This document shows positions 1 through 13,086 of a DNA stretch of 64,000 nucleotides, in pieces. The translations under genes and the position numbers were made by a program. Source of the stretch: Squalus acanthias. Taxonomy: Eukaryota. Within the stretch, counting starts at the first letter, position 1, and every line of letters starts with the position of its first letter. The stretch lies in assembly GCA_030390025.1 (NCBI GenBank), contig CM059431.1, positions 114,454,001 through 114,518,000 of the forward strand. Direction: 5' to 3'. A model generated the notes under the pieces. The model had not been told where the DNA came from. It saw only the letters and a list, made by a program, of their open reading frames with translations, and searched no databases.

Positions 1-189
1 CAGAGGCAGAAACGTTCATCACATTTAAAAAGTACTTAGATATGCACTTGAAGTGCCGTAACCTGCAAGGCTACGGACCAAGAGCTGGAAAGTGGGATTA
101 GGCTGGATAGATCTTTTTCGACTGGCGCAGACACGATGGGCAGAATGGTCTCCTTCTGTGCCGTAAATTTCTATGATTCTATGATTCTA
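1..189 (+). mobile_element. CR1-clade LINE 3' end (runs off the window)
   Basis: Typical CR1 ORF2 end and 3'UTR (…GGGCAGAATGGTCTCCTTCTGTGCCGTAAA) with a (TTCTATGA)n tail; close match to 33783-34170. Confidence 0.85.
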
Positions 190-365
190 ACAATTTTAAA
201 TGGTTTTAAAGGATACAGTTAAGTATCTTATATCTTTTTCTAGAAATAATCTGGTAAGAACTGCCACTTTTATCTTTGTGTAGAATGAAATCGAATTGTG
301 TTTCAAGCTGCAATCTGTTGGTGGGATGTCTACAATTTTCATTGACAAAAGAAAAGCAAAACCCC

Positions 366-893
366 GGAGGGGAATTAACCCTATCCTGCCTGGCAGAAAC
401 AGGGCAGGTAAGCAGTTAAAATCTCATAGGTGACTTACCCATCGTTTTCCCACCGGGGAAAGAATCCTGATTTTAACCTGCTCTCTGAGCAGGTGACAGC
501 CTGAAGCCGGCACGGTCATTCTTTAATTAGTCAGATCCGAGTCTGATGACGTTGTCAGGCCTGAAGTTTTCCCGCCAGGCTGAAGCAGGTCAGAAGAGGA
601 TCGAGACGTGAAAGTAAGTATTTTTACTTTATGATGTGGAGGCCAGGGGGAGCAGGAATGCTCCTCCGGGCCACACAAGGAAAGATTAGGCCTCTCCTAC
701 CCCGGACTGCCACTCTTTCCCTCCCGCGAGACCCTACCATAACTCCCTTCGCCACACTTACCTGAGTGCTGGCGGGCGGCCATGACGGCCCGAGTTTTCA
801 AATTGTGATGGCATCATGCTACCGCCAGGCTGGCCTGAATCAAACAGACTTCCGCGGTACCGGAAACCCTCTGGGAGTCATAATCAACCCTCC
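366..893. mobile_element. Possible old GG-ended (Harbinger-type) MITE
   Basis: GC-rich block with weak terminal inverted match (GGAGGGGAATTA / TAATCAACCCTCC); internal motifs resemble other MITEs here; no TSD seen. Confidence 0.35.
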
Positions 894-2492
894 TGTGATT
901 TACCCTTTTACAGTGTTATGTCCCCTCTCCTCAGTTTAAAAGGCTTGGTAGAAGGCAATGCCAAACCAACTTATGCCATCAATCTTCACACGATTCTAAG
1001 AGAGAAACAGATTGAATTTTTTGTTTCTACTAATATTTATTGAAAAGGTTCGCTGTCATTTGTCAGTGATCTGTTCATCTGTAAATCAACTTAGCAGCAC
1101 AATAAATTGGGATGTTTGGCACAATGTAGTGCTACTGAAGAGGAGAGAGTGAGAAAACTTAGGCTGCTCCAGTCCTGTGTAGAATGCTTTATAACTGCAG
1201 CCTGAGTTTAATTGTTAGCGTGTGCAATCCACGTCTCCTCCCCACCCCCCACAACCATACACAAGGCCTGGCATGTGACTTTTTAATGAGAGGTGCTGAT
1301 GTGAAATGACCCTTACCTTCCTAAACACACAGCAATCTAATTTGGTCCAGTATACCAATTACAGGCCTCGGTGGAGCACTTTGCTGTGAAACAATCAAGT
1401 CACAATAGGATTAGGACATGTCGCAGTGCATCCAAAGGGAAAGACAATTGCAGGCATAAGTGCTGATTTATGCTTTTAGAGAGTCTGTAAAGAACAGCTA
1501 TATAATCCACACTCCTGCAGCGTTGCCTCCATAAAACCTTTATTTTTATCCCAGTGCACAGGTCTTCAGTGTTCTTCATAGACTATTCGTTTGTTGTGTG
1601 TCACACAATTGCGTTATATTCTTAGTTTAGCTAGTCTGGGTAATGCTACAATAAAGCGTTGGAGGAGACAGTGATGAATTGTGACTCTATTCCCTTCCTG
1701 ACCGTAGACCCTGAAAATTATACATGCAATTAAAAGACAAAATGCTGATATTACTCATAGGAAGCTCTTACGCATCGGTAAGGGGCACCAGTCTGCTGAC
1801 ACTTTGCAACAGAGATAGCCAGCCGGGTGGTAGATTAATTGAGCATTGTAAATTTTCAGACTCAACAGATAGGGGCAGGGTAAACATGCTGTGGCAGAGA
1901 TAAATCTAAGCTATGGCCACACTGGGAGGATGTTAGGGCCCCTCTAATGTTTTAGATACTTTAGATGTGGTCAGTACATGTCTGGCTCAAAGCACTCTCT
2001 CTTTTTTTTTAATTAGATGGACATTTTCCCTGTTTTCTTCCTTCTCTCGTGCAGTCTCCTTGAGCTTGAAGGCTGTGTTGGGAAAAACAAGGAAACCACA
2101 GAGTTTCCGGTTGAAGTTTTTGTTGGCTCCAGCAGGAAGAAGAGAGAGCCGTCCCAAATCAGTTGAAAAGCTTTGCCTGTAGCCAAGTTCCTCACAGATT
2201 CAAAGATGAATCCACCAAGCAGGCTTGTGCTCTTCTCTCTAACACTTCTCCCTTTCCTGATGGGTTATGCATTCAGTTTTGTGATTCACTTCTTTAGCTG
2301 GGAGTCTATCCTACATACCCACTGTGAGGGGGAAAGTCCTTTTAATCTCAAATCCCACTCGTGGCTTGTTAACTTTGTAGTTGTGTGCTCTAGTTCCATG
2401 CTCACAATCTAAATCAACCTATCTGTATCTACATTATTCTTTCCTGATCATGTTGTCTCTCAACTTCTTTTCTCCAATAGAAACAAGTTCAG

Positions 2493-2830
2493 GTGCCCCT
2501 GATGGTTCAGTTGGTTAAGACAGTGAGTAGCTGAGCCATAACGACCAAGAGGGTCGCTGGTTTGAAAACTGGTCCCCGAGTTAGCTGATCTCAGTTGGTG
2601 TGGAGAGACAGGTACAAATATTAACCTCAGTGGCCCTGAGTTAGGGAGGGAAAATTGGCCAGGGTTGCCATCCAGCACGCCCTGCTTGGAAGTACACTTG
2701 TGTGGATGTCAGATTGGGTTTAGCTTTAATGTCACGCCCACAGTCAACTAGCCTGCCAACACTCTAGGTCCACAGAAGAAGAATAGCATTTGGGTGAAGT
2801 ACAGATGGTGACGTGCATCCAAGGGACCGT
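2493..2830 (+). mobile_element. tRNA-derived SINE, family unassigned
   Basis: A-box-like TGGTTCAGTTGG and B-box-like GGTTTGAAAAC; body CCTGCTTGGAAGTACACTTGTGTGGATGTCA matches a reverse copy near 20050-20080. Confidence 0.6.
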
Positions 2831-3519
2831 AGAGTTACTTTTCCACTTTTGTGTTCCTGGTACAGAGCATTGCACATTGGAGAGCATATTGGAATACTGG
2901 GCGCAGAGGGTAACACATCAATTTTACAGCCCATCCAATTTTTCTGCCCATTATTTTTTTTTAAGTCAATGGCCTCAGGAGAAGAGAATGGGAGGGATGA
3001 AAATAGATGAAAAAAGGAGGGGGAAAAAAAAGCAAATGAGTCAGTTCTGTGAGATTCTCACCAAAACATAGGATACCAAATCCTGAACTAATCCTAGTTC
3101 CTCCTCTCTGAGCTCTCCAAAGCAAAAGTAATATTCCACTTAGAATGTATAGAAATTCAAAACAACTTCTCTTGGCTGATCATTGCCCCAGCCAGATCTA
3201 TTTTATGTATCATTGTTTTCGTCTTTCTATTACTATGGTAGTTTTCCTTTTAATTTGCTATTTGCTATTAGTTCCATAAACATGAACCTTTTCAAGTGAA
3301 ACCTTGTCAAATACATTCTGAAAATGTAAGTATATTATATCAATTGGATTGCCTTCATCAGTTAATTTAGTTATGTCCTCAAAGAATTCCAGCTGATTTG
3401 TGCGGCATGGCTTCTTGTACCTCCATCCATGTTGACTATTCCTTGTATTTCTCTACACTTTGGGTATAGTTGTGTAGCAAGACTTGAAAAAATTGAGTTA
3501 TTTATTTCACTGGCACACT

Positions 3520-3880
3520 AAAGGGGATCTAAAGAAGGTTTTCAAAATTAGCAAAGTTTTGAGAGGATAAATACTGAAAGATTATTTCCACTGGTTAGTG
3601 AATCAGAAACAAGTTAGTATAAACTCAGGTTAATCACTAGCAGAACGAAAAGGAATGTTAGAAACAATTTCCATAGAGGGTTATTAGAACATGGAATGGT
3701 TTACTACAAGTGTTTATTGAGGCAGAGTATAACATCATTTAAAATGGAATTAGATAAGTGATAGTAAGAGTATAAAGATTATGGGAAAAGAGTAGGAAAG
3801 TGAGATTGGAGCAGATAGTTCTAAATTAAAGAGCTAGCACCACCATAGATACAATGGACTAAATGGCCTCCTCTAATTTC
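3520..3880 (+). mobile_element. Old degenerate CR1 LINE 3' fragment
   Basis: Diverged RGDLIEVFKI…LFPL…WN-type coding remnant ending in AAATGGCCTCCT. Confidence 0.7.
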
Positions 3881-4576
3881 TCCAATTTCAACTAGTCTAT
3901 AAATTCTGGGTTCATGCCTCACTGCTCACAACATACCTACAGTTCTCTGAGAAGCAGTGTATAAGGAGCCACTTCTCTAGGGAAGCAGTCACAGGGTTGT
4001 GTTACCTCCTACAACAAGACCTAAAACCAACTGCTGCGGCTAGACTGCATCATCGCCTGTTGCGGTCAAGGTCACTGCAGCCCTCAACTTTGCCTCTGGC
4101 TCCATCCAAGCTGCCACAGGGGATGCAGGTAACATCAGTTAGTCTGCAATTCACGCAGGTCACTGACACCTTATTTGCTAGAACAGAAACCTCATCACTT
4201 TCCCCATGGACATCTAGAAGAAGTAGGTTATGGCTCTGATTATAAGCTTCTCCCAAGTCCAGGCTGACACCAATTAGGCAAATTTAGTTAATTAAGAAAT
4301 GAACTGGAGATGAAGATAATGACTAAAGATTTGTTGTATGAAATTTATATTAATGATCAGCTACCTCACATGACCACCTGTCTGTAGTGACCACCTGTAG
4401 TCTGTCTCAATGTTAAGCCCAGTACTTCCATTTAGTAGATCACCTGTTCAGCTGCCTGAACAACACTTCCAAAGATAATCATTAAGGACATATTTGCTGG
4501 ATCTTTATTACTCATTTTCCATGTTGCTTATACAAAGATGTTCTGTCACATTAAAATTAACAAACACATGAAAGAG

Positions 4577-5030
4577 AGAAAGAAAGAAATAATGTATTTT
4601 TATCTAGCACCTTGAATGACCTTCAAACATCTCAAAACACTTTACAGGCAATTAAATACTTTTTGAAGTGTAGACACTGTTGTAATGTAGTAAACGTGGT
4701 AGCTAATTTGTATACAGCAAGATCCCATAAACATCAATAAAATAAATGGCCATATCATCTGTTTTTTTTAGGTGTTGGTTGAGGGATAAATATTGGCTAG
4801 GACACTAGAGAACTCTCCTGCCCTTCTTCAAGTAGTGCCGTGGGATCTTTTACGCCCACCTGAGAGGGTAGATAAGGCCTCGGTTTAACATCTTGTCTGA
4901 AAGACAGCACCTCTGACAGTACTGTCCTGAATTGCCAGCCGAGATTGTGTGCTCGAGTCTCTGGAGTTGGACTTGAACCCTCAACCTATTGACTCAGAGG
5001 CGAGAGTGCTACCACTGAGTTAAAGCTGGC
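4577..5030 (-). mobile_element. SacSINE1-like DeuSINE (tRNA head, Deu core, L2-like tail)
   Basis: Reverse complement has the Deu core GTTAAACCGAGGCC…CAGGTGGGCGTAAAAGATCCCACGGCACTA and a head CTCAGTGGTAGCACTCTCGCCTCTGAGTCA. Confidence 0.85.
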
Positions 5031-6959
5031 ATCTTGACATGAATAAGGTAGTCATTAATAAAGTACAAATTAAGTCATAAATTTAAAAATAAGTTAGAAA
5101 TTAATTACCATAAAATTCTCTTTGAGGATTTTAAAAAGTAATATTGAACCATGTTTGTGATTTTCTATTAAAATAAAACTGACTATTGATTTCATGCATC
5201 CAGATGGCTTTCCAAACCTCTGATAGATTCAGCACAAAGGTACAGCTAATTCTAGACTGAATTTTGTAAAAACTGCCTGTGAAAATCTGGATTTGTTAAT
5301 ATAATGGCAATAGTGTTTGAATGGTACATAGATATGTCTCTGAGAAAGATAACTACACGACCGTAACACAACATGCCCAAATCAGCATAGCTCTGCAAAA
5401 GATAAGGTTCTCTAGGCTCCTGAACTGCCTGAACCTAGAGATTTACTCACCATATCCAGCTACATAATTTTCTCTCTATTGCTTTTTAATGGCGAGGAGA
5501 AACTACAATGCATTAAGGATCTAATGAAGAAATGTTTCACCTCTACTGTCCATGTGGAGATGAATTTCCATGAATACAGAGTAACTCATAAAGCAGACAA
5601 GGCTCCATAAGAGAATCTGGAATCCAGGCACAATTATGTTGAGTTTAATGGATGTAGAATTTTGCACTTGCAAATAATCAGAAATTAGACAGTGTTAAAT
5701 ATTGACAAAATGTTATTTATGGTTTTGAATAGAGATACAAAGGCATTTGCTGTGCATATTACAACACAAATCCATTTTGCTGCGACTGGGTCATATTCAC
5801 TTTCCTTATCTTGGTTATGATGTGTCAGTAAGAAACAGAGCAGAAGCAAGTATTAATGAAGCAACCTCAACTGTTAATGTATTGAAGTTTTAAGCACCTG
5901 CCAAGATTATTTTGCTGCAGAACAGTGCATAGAGCAGCAGAGTACGTACAATACAATTCTCACTTATATTTGCTCCTGATAAAAAAAATCTCCATTGCAG
6001 TTTTTCTTTTGCCATTTTTCCATTAAATAAATGTTTGTCTTTTGTGTCTCAGACTGCTCTAATAGCCTTACTCGCTGTAGCTTCAAGGGTGTTTACACTT
6101 TTCCTGAGATCTAAGTATTTTTGATAGCACACCCAGGATAATGAGTGGAAACCCTTAAATTGCTTAAGCTATGTGATCTATCCTGTGCCTCTACAGAATC
6201 CTCCCTGTATCTTATCCTTGCAGAATATCGCAACACCAGAGTTTATTTTAGGGTTTAACTACCGAACAAATTTATTGAGCAATAGCAAATATATAACATT
6301 AATACTATACATATATATCTGCACATAACTTTTCCTAAATTCTTAAGTCCACATTTAGTACAGTACAGTATAGAGTGCAGTACCCCTTCAGCAAGGGAGT
6401 CTACAGACCACGATGTAAGTGGCAAGCCAGCAAACCCCACCCTGGAAAGTAACAATAGTTGCTCCATTGTAACGGGGTTGCTTTTCAATATTTAAAAAAT
6501 ATTTCAGTCCTCTTCTTTAGATGTCCAGGCCAGCATTTAGGCCTGGGCCCCTAGGTGGGCCACACTTATGTCCCCCACTTCTGGTTGACCAGTATGCCTG
6601 GTTTCACCAAATATACTGGTTCCGATTGCATACCAAGTCATAACTTAGGGTCGGACCATGGGAACTCTGCCCTTCTGGATTCCGTGGTTATGACCCTGAC
6701 TTGGATATTTGTCACGGGCTTTGTAAGGAGTGGGCGGAGGCCTAGCAGGAATTCATATGCATGGCCAGGACTCAACATTTCTTGGCCCTGGTGGAATTTG
6801 CAGCCATAATGGCACGCTCCCATTCGAGTAATGGCAGGAACGGCTTTGATTGTTAGGGGTGTAGTTTCCATTATAAATGTGGTCATAAGAATTTATAATG
6901 GTATTGCTTCATCCAAAAACTACACTCAATTTTCAGTCCCTGTGTGCAACGCTACAGGA

Positions 6960-6994
<35 letters not shown>

Positions 6995-7000
6995 TAGATA
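6960..7000. repeat. (GATA)n microsatellite
   Basis: About 10 tandem TAGA/GATA units. Confidence 0.95.
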
Positions 7001-7849
7001 AAAAGAAAGGGTAGAGGGAGTAGTATAATAAAAATCTTACATCTGCATGCCCTTCTTGTCAACTTTTTTCCATTATAAGTTCCTAAGTCTACTTTTGTAA
7101 TGGAAACGGCCTATGTAAACTTAGCCCATTGTAACTGCACCCTCCCTCCAGTGGTGGTGCTGCAGCATTACGAGTAGGAAGAACTAAAAGAACAGGAAGA
7201 GCACGAGAAGGAGGAAGAAAGAGTAATGATGAGGAGGAGATGAAAGAACACAACAATGTCTTAAATTAGAAATGGATTTTTAAACAGCATGTTAAAGATA
7301 AGTTGACATACACTTCTGTTGATGCTATAAAAGCCAGGATTCATTCCCATGCGGACCTAGGTGAGAATGGTGAATGAGGTAAGTGGATTTTGCCTGAATA
7401 TAATTGAGGATCCCTAACATAGAGGATGCTTAATGAAGAGTCAGAAACATGATTTATATCCTGTGATTGAACTCACCTGATAAGCATAAAAAAGGCAATT
7501 AAAAGGCAATTAAAATTAAATGATAACAGCCATTTATAAATATTAATTTTAAGTGTAAATTATTTTGATTGAGTGATTGTGAATTAGATCCAGCAAAGCC
7601 ACAAAAAATCATTTATTTCCTTATTGTAACAACTGTTCTCAATTCTGAGGTCATTTCTATTTAACAAAACATATGTAATGGAGATGATGTTATCACGTGA
7701 TATAAATAGCAAAAGTTGATGGTTTATAACTGTGCCATGCTGTAGAGCAGTAGAAAGTGGGTTCACATTAGTGTTTTTCCACATAGTGAGTTCTCCATTT
7801 GAGCCATGCTGTTGAGGAGGAGTCAGACAAAGGTAAAGTGCATCTCTGC

Positions 7850-8070
7850 AGTGAGAAGTCGCACAACACCAGGTTATAGTCCAACAGTTTTATTTGAAAT
7901 CACAAGCTTTCGGAGCTGCTGCCCCTTCGTCAGGTGACGAAGGTGACTTCACCTGACGAAGGGGCAGCAGCTCCGAAAGCTTGTGATTTCAAATAAAACT
8001 GTTGGACTATAACCTGGTGTTGTGCGACTTCTCACTTTTGTCCACCCCAGTCCAACACCGGCATCTCCGC
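7850..8070 (+). mobile_element. Penelope-like element terminal fragment as a fold-back inverted repeat with TSD
   Basis: 88-bp inverted arms 7850-7937 / 7949-8036 with an 11-nt spacer, then a unique tail to 8070; flanking direct repeat TGCATCTCT(G/A)CAGTGAGA at 7839-7856 and 8071-8088. Confidence 0.75.
7950..7985 (+). ncRNA. Minimal hammerhead-ribozyme-like motif (mirror copy on - in the left arm)
   Basis: CAC-CTGACGA-A-GGGGC-AGCA-GCTCC-GAAA-GC-TT-GTG: CUGANGA and GAAA core boxes, stem II, CAC/GTG stem I, palindromic AAGCTT stem III. Confidence 0.65.
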
Positions 8071-8254
8071 TGCATCTCTACAGTGAGAGAGATAAGGGCA
8101 TCAGAATCAATAGGGCAGGTGAAACAGTGCCCTAACAATAGCAGGACTTTTGCAGGGTTTAGGGAGATGCACTCATTGCTGTATAAGTAGAGTGGGTCTA
8201 CCACTGGAGCTGCATGAGCAGCAGAAATATAGGGTGGTCAAAAATCTTGTTCAC

Positions 8255-8400
8255 CCTACCAATTTTGTTTGTCCTTATAATGTTACTTTCTTTGTTCTAC
8301 CAATGCTATTTAGTTTGCTCTGCCAATGTTTATTTGTTTGCTCTACCAGTGCCACTTGTTTTCCTTAAAAAAATTATTTTCTTTGCTCTACCAATGTTGT
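8255..8400. repeat. Degenerate short tandem repeat
   Basis: About 5 imperfect copies of TTTGCTCTACCAATG with uneven spacing. Confidence 0.6.
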
Positions 8401-8422
8401 TTTACTTCTTGCCGCCCTGAAA

Positions 8423-8851
8423 GGGCAACACGGTGGCATAGTGGTTAGCACTGGTGCCTCACAGCGCCAGGGACCCGGGTTCGAATCTGACCTCGGGTGA
8501 CTGTCTGTGTGGAGTTTGCACATTCTCCCCGTGTCTGCGTGGGTTTCCTCCGGGTGCTCCGGTTTCCTCCCACAGTCCAAAAATGTGTGGGTTAGGTTGA
8601 TTTGGCTATGATAAATTGACCCTTAGTGTTAGGGGGGTATTAAATATGTGGGGTTATGGGGATAGGATGGGATATGTTAGGGGGAATTAAATACGTGGGG
8701 TTACGGGGGTAGGGTGGGATATGTGTACTGTGGGGATTAAAGCAGGGACAGGGTACTGGATTTGGATGATCAGCCATGATCGTATTGAATGGTGGAGCAG
8801 GCTCGACGGGCCGAATGGCCTACTCCTGCTCCTAGATTCTATGTTTCTATG
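8423..8851 (+). mobile_element. HE1-like V-SINE with CR1-derived tail
   Basis: tRNA head (TGGCATAGTGG…GGTTCGAATC), V-domain TGTGTGGAGTTTGCACATTCTCCCCGTGTCTGCGTGGGTTTCCTCCGGGTGCTCCGGTTTCCTCCCACA, CR1-type tail GGGCCGAATGGCCTACTCCTGCTCC…TTCTATG. Confidence 0.9.
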
Positions 8852-8869
8852 AAAGAGCAGGTTGGCCTA

Positions 8870-9072
8870 GGCCCATTCTGCACTCCTAAACACCTCTGCC
8901 TCTCTACCTCTCTCTCCTCCTTTAAGATGCTCCTTTAAAGCTACCTCTGTCACCTGTCCTAATATCTCCTTATGTGGCTCGTGTCAAATTTTGTTTGCTA
9001 ATGCTCCTGTAAAGCACCTTGGGCTGTTTTACTACGTTAAAGGCACTATATAAATGCAAGTTGTTGTTGTTA
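8870..9072 (+). mobile_element. L2-clade LINE 3' end
   Basis: Ends GGCACTATATAAATGCAAG(TTG)n; similar to 46370-46580 and 57570-57735. Confidence 0.75.
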
Positions 9073-9801
9073 TGGCAGCTAGTAAAAGAAAAGCATTAGT
9101 AGGGGCTTAGGAGCAGGTCACCAGATTACCCTCTCAGACAGAGTCTGATGTGCGGTACAATGAGATCCGAGAATAAGCTATGAGCAGAAAATAGAAAAAT
9201 AATTCAGAAAGCAAATTAGCAAAAATATCCAAATGGCATCCCTGTATATAATCCAAGAGCAGCACAATCATAATTGAGTTACCTTCACTCAAGGTTATTA
9301 CTGACTTACTTTACATACATTTCAATCCCTCATCATGAATTCTATTCATAAAATCAACTTTCAAAGCAAATTAAATCTTAAAATTAAAGACTTGTTGCCT
9401 ATTTGAGGAAGGTGCATCAAATAAAGTCAGTGTAATGTTTGTTGCAGATTGTCAGGGCTACATTTCTTACACGCTTATGCCTTCAAAATGTATGTTTCCC
9501 ATTTTGCTGCTGGTCTGGGGCTCTTCAGTCTAAGGTGTTCATTCCTATAAAGGTGTACAGGGACAATATGGCTATTTGCATGGGAGTCTAGAGGGGCTTT
9601 GCCTCTGTTTCCACAATGGTCCACTGGGTCTAAACATCTGATGGTATAGAAGCAATTATCTGCAAAGAGCTCCATTTCCATTATGGTCTAAGTATCAATG
9701 TCTCTGTGCATATATCTATTCTAACAAAATTTGGAGTTTGGCACGCATTTCATAAATACAATATATTCTAAAATATGTTTTGCGGTGCCACCTTACATAA
9801 T

Positions 9802-10529
9802 GGACCTGAAATTACATTCGGAGGCTTACCGCAGGCAAATGCCTCTGCTCCGCAAGAAAAGTACGCACCTACCTTGTGCCTCCGTATCTTCGGACTCTTG
9901 CGCTCTTGGGCCTGCAGGCATACGCCCACGTAAAGGCCCACGTATCCCGGGGCGCAGGTGGTTCACAAGCGTCCCTGGGATCACGTGGGCCGGCCCAACC
10001 AATCAAAAAGGGGGATTCCCATTATGATTATGGGGATTCCATTTATGTACATAATAGGAATGACATAAAAAACACACTTTCACACAAGCGAAATAAAAAT
10101 AAATCACCACGTTTAAAATTAATTTTAAAAATACAATTTAATTAAACATTTAAATCAAAAATTTAATTTTTTGAAAAATAAATGTAAACCTTTTAAAGGG
10201 GCCAAAAATAACCTAAACTAATTTTAAAGATTTTTGAATTTTTAAATGATTTTAAAAAAATGATTTTAATATTTATTTAAACCCTTACGCTGGTAAAAAG
10301 AAGGCCCTATGCCTGCTTTTACCAGGCGTAGGAGTTTCGGGGGCATTCACTGGGCCGTAGTCTTCGCCAGTGAATGTCCATTTCCTGCGCATTCGTACGC
10401 TTTGTCGAGCTGAAACTTGACAGATCGCAAGTTCAGGGTTTTCGCGCATGCGCAGCGCACACGGAAACCCGGAACTTGCGAGGCACTTACGACAGCGTAC
10501 GAGGTCATTAGCCCAGTAAAATCCAGGCC
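9802..10529. mobile_element. Harbinger-type MITE (family shared with 35782-36523)
   Basis: Imperfect TIRs GGACCTGAAATTAC / GTAAAATCCAGGCC; GC-rich arms around an AT-rich core; internal hairpin CGCAAGTTC…GAACTTGCG. Confidence 0.7.
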
Positions 10530-10949
10530 ATTATCGTTATTTTCAATTGGTGGAGCAATGTATAGAAAGTGAAACTTTCAGCGAATCTGTTATATTATTA
10601 ACAATTTCTAGATTTAAAATCTTGACTGAGATTTTCTGTTCAAATTATGCCTGCAAACTCAAGTGGGTTGCATCAGGAAATTCTTTGGGAGTCACTCCGC
10701 ATTTTCCACTGGAAGGGACATCAGGCGTATGAAACGTCTTCCCAAATATGGGTACGTTTGTTATGGTAAGACAAAAATGACAGCCATACATCATTCAATG
10801 TATTACCCATCATTTGTGCTTAGTAATAATGGGCACAAGGAGCACCCGTACATTCCTGGTGTCCAGCATTACTATGGGCGGCAGAAGGAGGTTTATAAAT
10901 TAGAGAGCTGGACAACCTATGCAAACGATTGCAAGGCTAAGGCAATTTA

Positions 10950-11395
10950 AGAAAGAAAGATCTTGCATTCATGTAGCATCTTTCATGACTTCAGGGCGTC
11001 CCAAAGCGCTTTACAGCCAATGAAATACTTTTGATGTAAAGTCACTGTTGTAATGTAGGAAACAAATTTGTGCACAGCAAGGTCCCATAAACAGCAATGA
11101 AATAAATGACCAGATCATCTAATTTTTTTAGATGTTGGGTGAGGGATAAATATTGGCCAGGACGCCAGGAGAACTCCCTGCTTTTCTTCAAAATAGTGCC
11201 ATGGGATCTTTTACGTCCACATGAGAGGGCAGACAGGGACTCAGTTTAACGTCTCATCCCATAGACAGCACCTGCAACAGTGAAGCGCCCCTCAGTACTG
11301 AGGTGTCAGCCTAGATTATGTGCTCAAGTCTCTGAAGTGCAACTTGAACCCACAACCATCTGACGCAAAGGCTAGAGTTCTACCACTGAGCCACA
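10950..11395 (-). mobile_element. SacSINE1-like DeuSINE
   Basis: Same Deu core, head and tail as 4577-5030. Confidence 0.85.
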
Positions 11396-12600
11396 CCTAC
11401 TTAAATAACCTGATCCGGGAAACTTGGGCTTTGTGTGAACAAAAATCTTGCACTTTTCCAGCCAAGCAGAAGATCCAAGATCCAGGCCTTGATCTTTAAA
11501 AAGACAGCCAAGGAATGGCCACAAACTGTCATGCACTAGGCAGCCAGGGATAAAATACATCGCTGGTAACTACTTGCTGCTCAGTAAAAAAAAAAATTGG
11601 CCATATGATCCTCCAGGAGCTGTAACCAAACATTCTTCTGCGGGAACAAAAAATCTCTATGGTTACAAACCAAAAAGTTTGCTTCTTCGAATGCCATTTA
11701 GATCGACAGGAGAGCTCACAGAACTGAGGTTTGCAGACAACTGTGGAAGTAATTCTCCATGTAAACTGCCAAAGGATGAAAGTAATGTTTGGCATTGACT
11801 GATGCAGGCTCACAAGGAGATCAGGACAACACCAGTGGAAGAATGTGGGCAGGACAGTTAGTGCTAATTATAACACTACACCACTTACAGTCACTTCCCC
11901 CCACACTCAGTTAAAGTACTTGAATTGCTGACTGTCAATGCCCGGGAGGCCTTGTGGTGCCTTGTACAGACTTCAACTGAAAGTTTACCTTCAGTCACAT
12001 TCACCCCACTAAATTTCTTAATATGGTTACGTAATTGCTTGTTGCATGCATCTATCATCACTCTTATTATAGTCTGCCCGTTGACACCCTGGGCTCGATT
12101 TTGCCAGGCCCAAGGAGGTGGGATTGGAGGCGTGTGAGTTGTTAAAATCGCCAAAAATGGCGGGCGGGCCCGATCCCGCCGCCGAGCAATTTTCCCAAAA
12201 GCGTGTTTTCTGACCCCCTTTCCATCCCGCCTCCAAGAGCCGGGCTAGGCCCTTAACAACCACTTAATAGCCTCTTTAATCCCATTTTGAGAGGCCTTTC
12301 CGATTTTTAGTCATTCCCCCCATCCCTCACGCCTCCTCTGGAACACGCCAGGTAATGCTGGCAGCCTCACAAGTGGATTGCTTATGAACAGCTGCAGCTC
12401 CACCATTACAAAGGAGTTTTCACCAATGATCATTTGCAGGTGGCAGAACTTTGTTGTTTCAGGTCTGGGGGAACTTTTAGCAGGCATACTCAGTGTTGTG
12501 GAAGTTTGGAGCCTGAGACCCATCTCCAGCGTGACCTCCTGGGAAACCCCTCTCCCCACCTTGACTAAACGCTTCCTCAACTGAGGCATATACCAGAAGC

Positions 12601-12827
12601 ATGGCGACCATTTAATTCCTTTCCTCCTGGACATCAGATTCGAATGAAGACCAGCCGCGGCAGCAGCCGGTTCATGAGCAACAGCAGCACCAACAGCAGG
12701 AGCAACAACAGGAGCGCCAAGCTGCTAGTCACCCATCTGAAGATGCACAGGCCAGACGTCGCCAGAGCGTGACCATATTGCTGCCCGGGATGCAAGGGAT
12801 GCACTCATGTTGGTCACATTTGCTTAG
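12601..12827 (+). pseudogene. Harbinger transposase remnant: probable N-terminus fused to the C-terminal end
   Basis: Q-rich stretch joined at about 12768 to RDHIAARDARDALMLVTFA*, which matches RETITARNARNALILARFA* of copy B. Confidence 0.7.
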
Positions 12828-13086
12828 CCTGTACAATCAAACACTTTTGCCTTGCACCTTCTTACCAGAGCATCGACAATGGACAAGAACCTGCGGATTC
12901 CTATCACTCTGACCACCATACTGACAATTGCAAGTCGCTCTAAGTCCTCAATGTGGAAGTCCCATTTGCGAAATGACACACGCCACAACTTCAACAGTTT
13001 GCCATCAGAATTTTTTTATCACAACAAGCAACTGGTGGCATTTCAAAAATAAACACAACATAACACCCAAGTGACTACCCTTGTGA

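Noticed and set aside
2025..2182. Strong acceptor at 2053 followed by short open frames
   Set aside because: No donor, no recognisable peptide and no link to other candidate exons.
8430..8500. tRNA genes (also near 36770, 2500, 15580)
   Set aside because: A/B boxes run straight into SINE bodies; these are tRNA-derived SINE heads.
10611..10770. Possible exon ending at TATG|GTAAGA
   Set aside because: No acceptor and frame combination gave a convincing or recognisable product.
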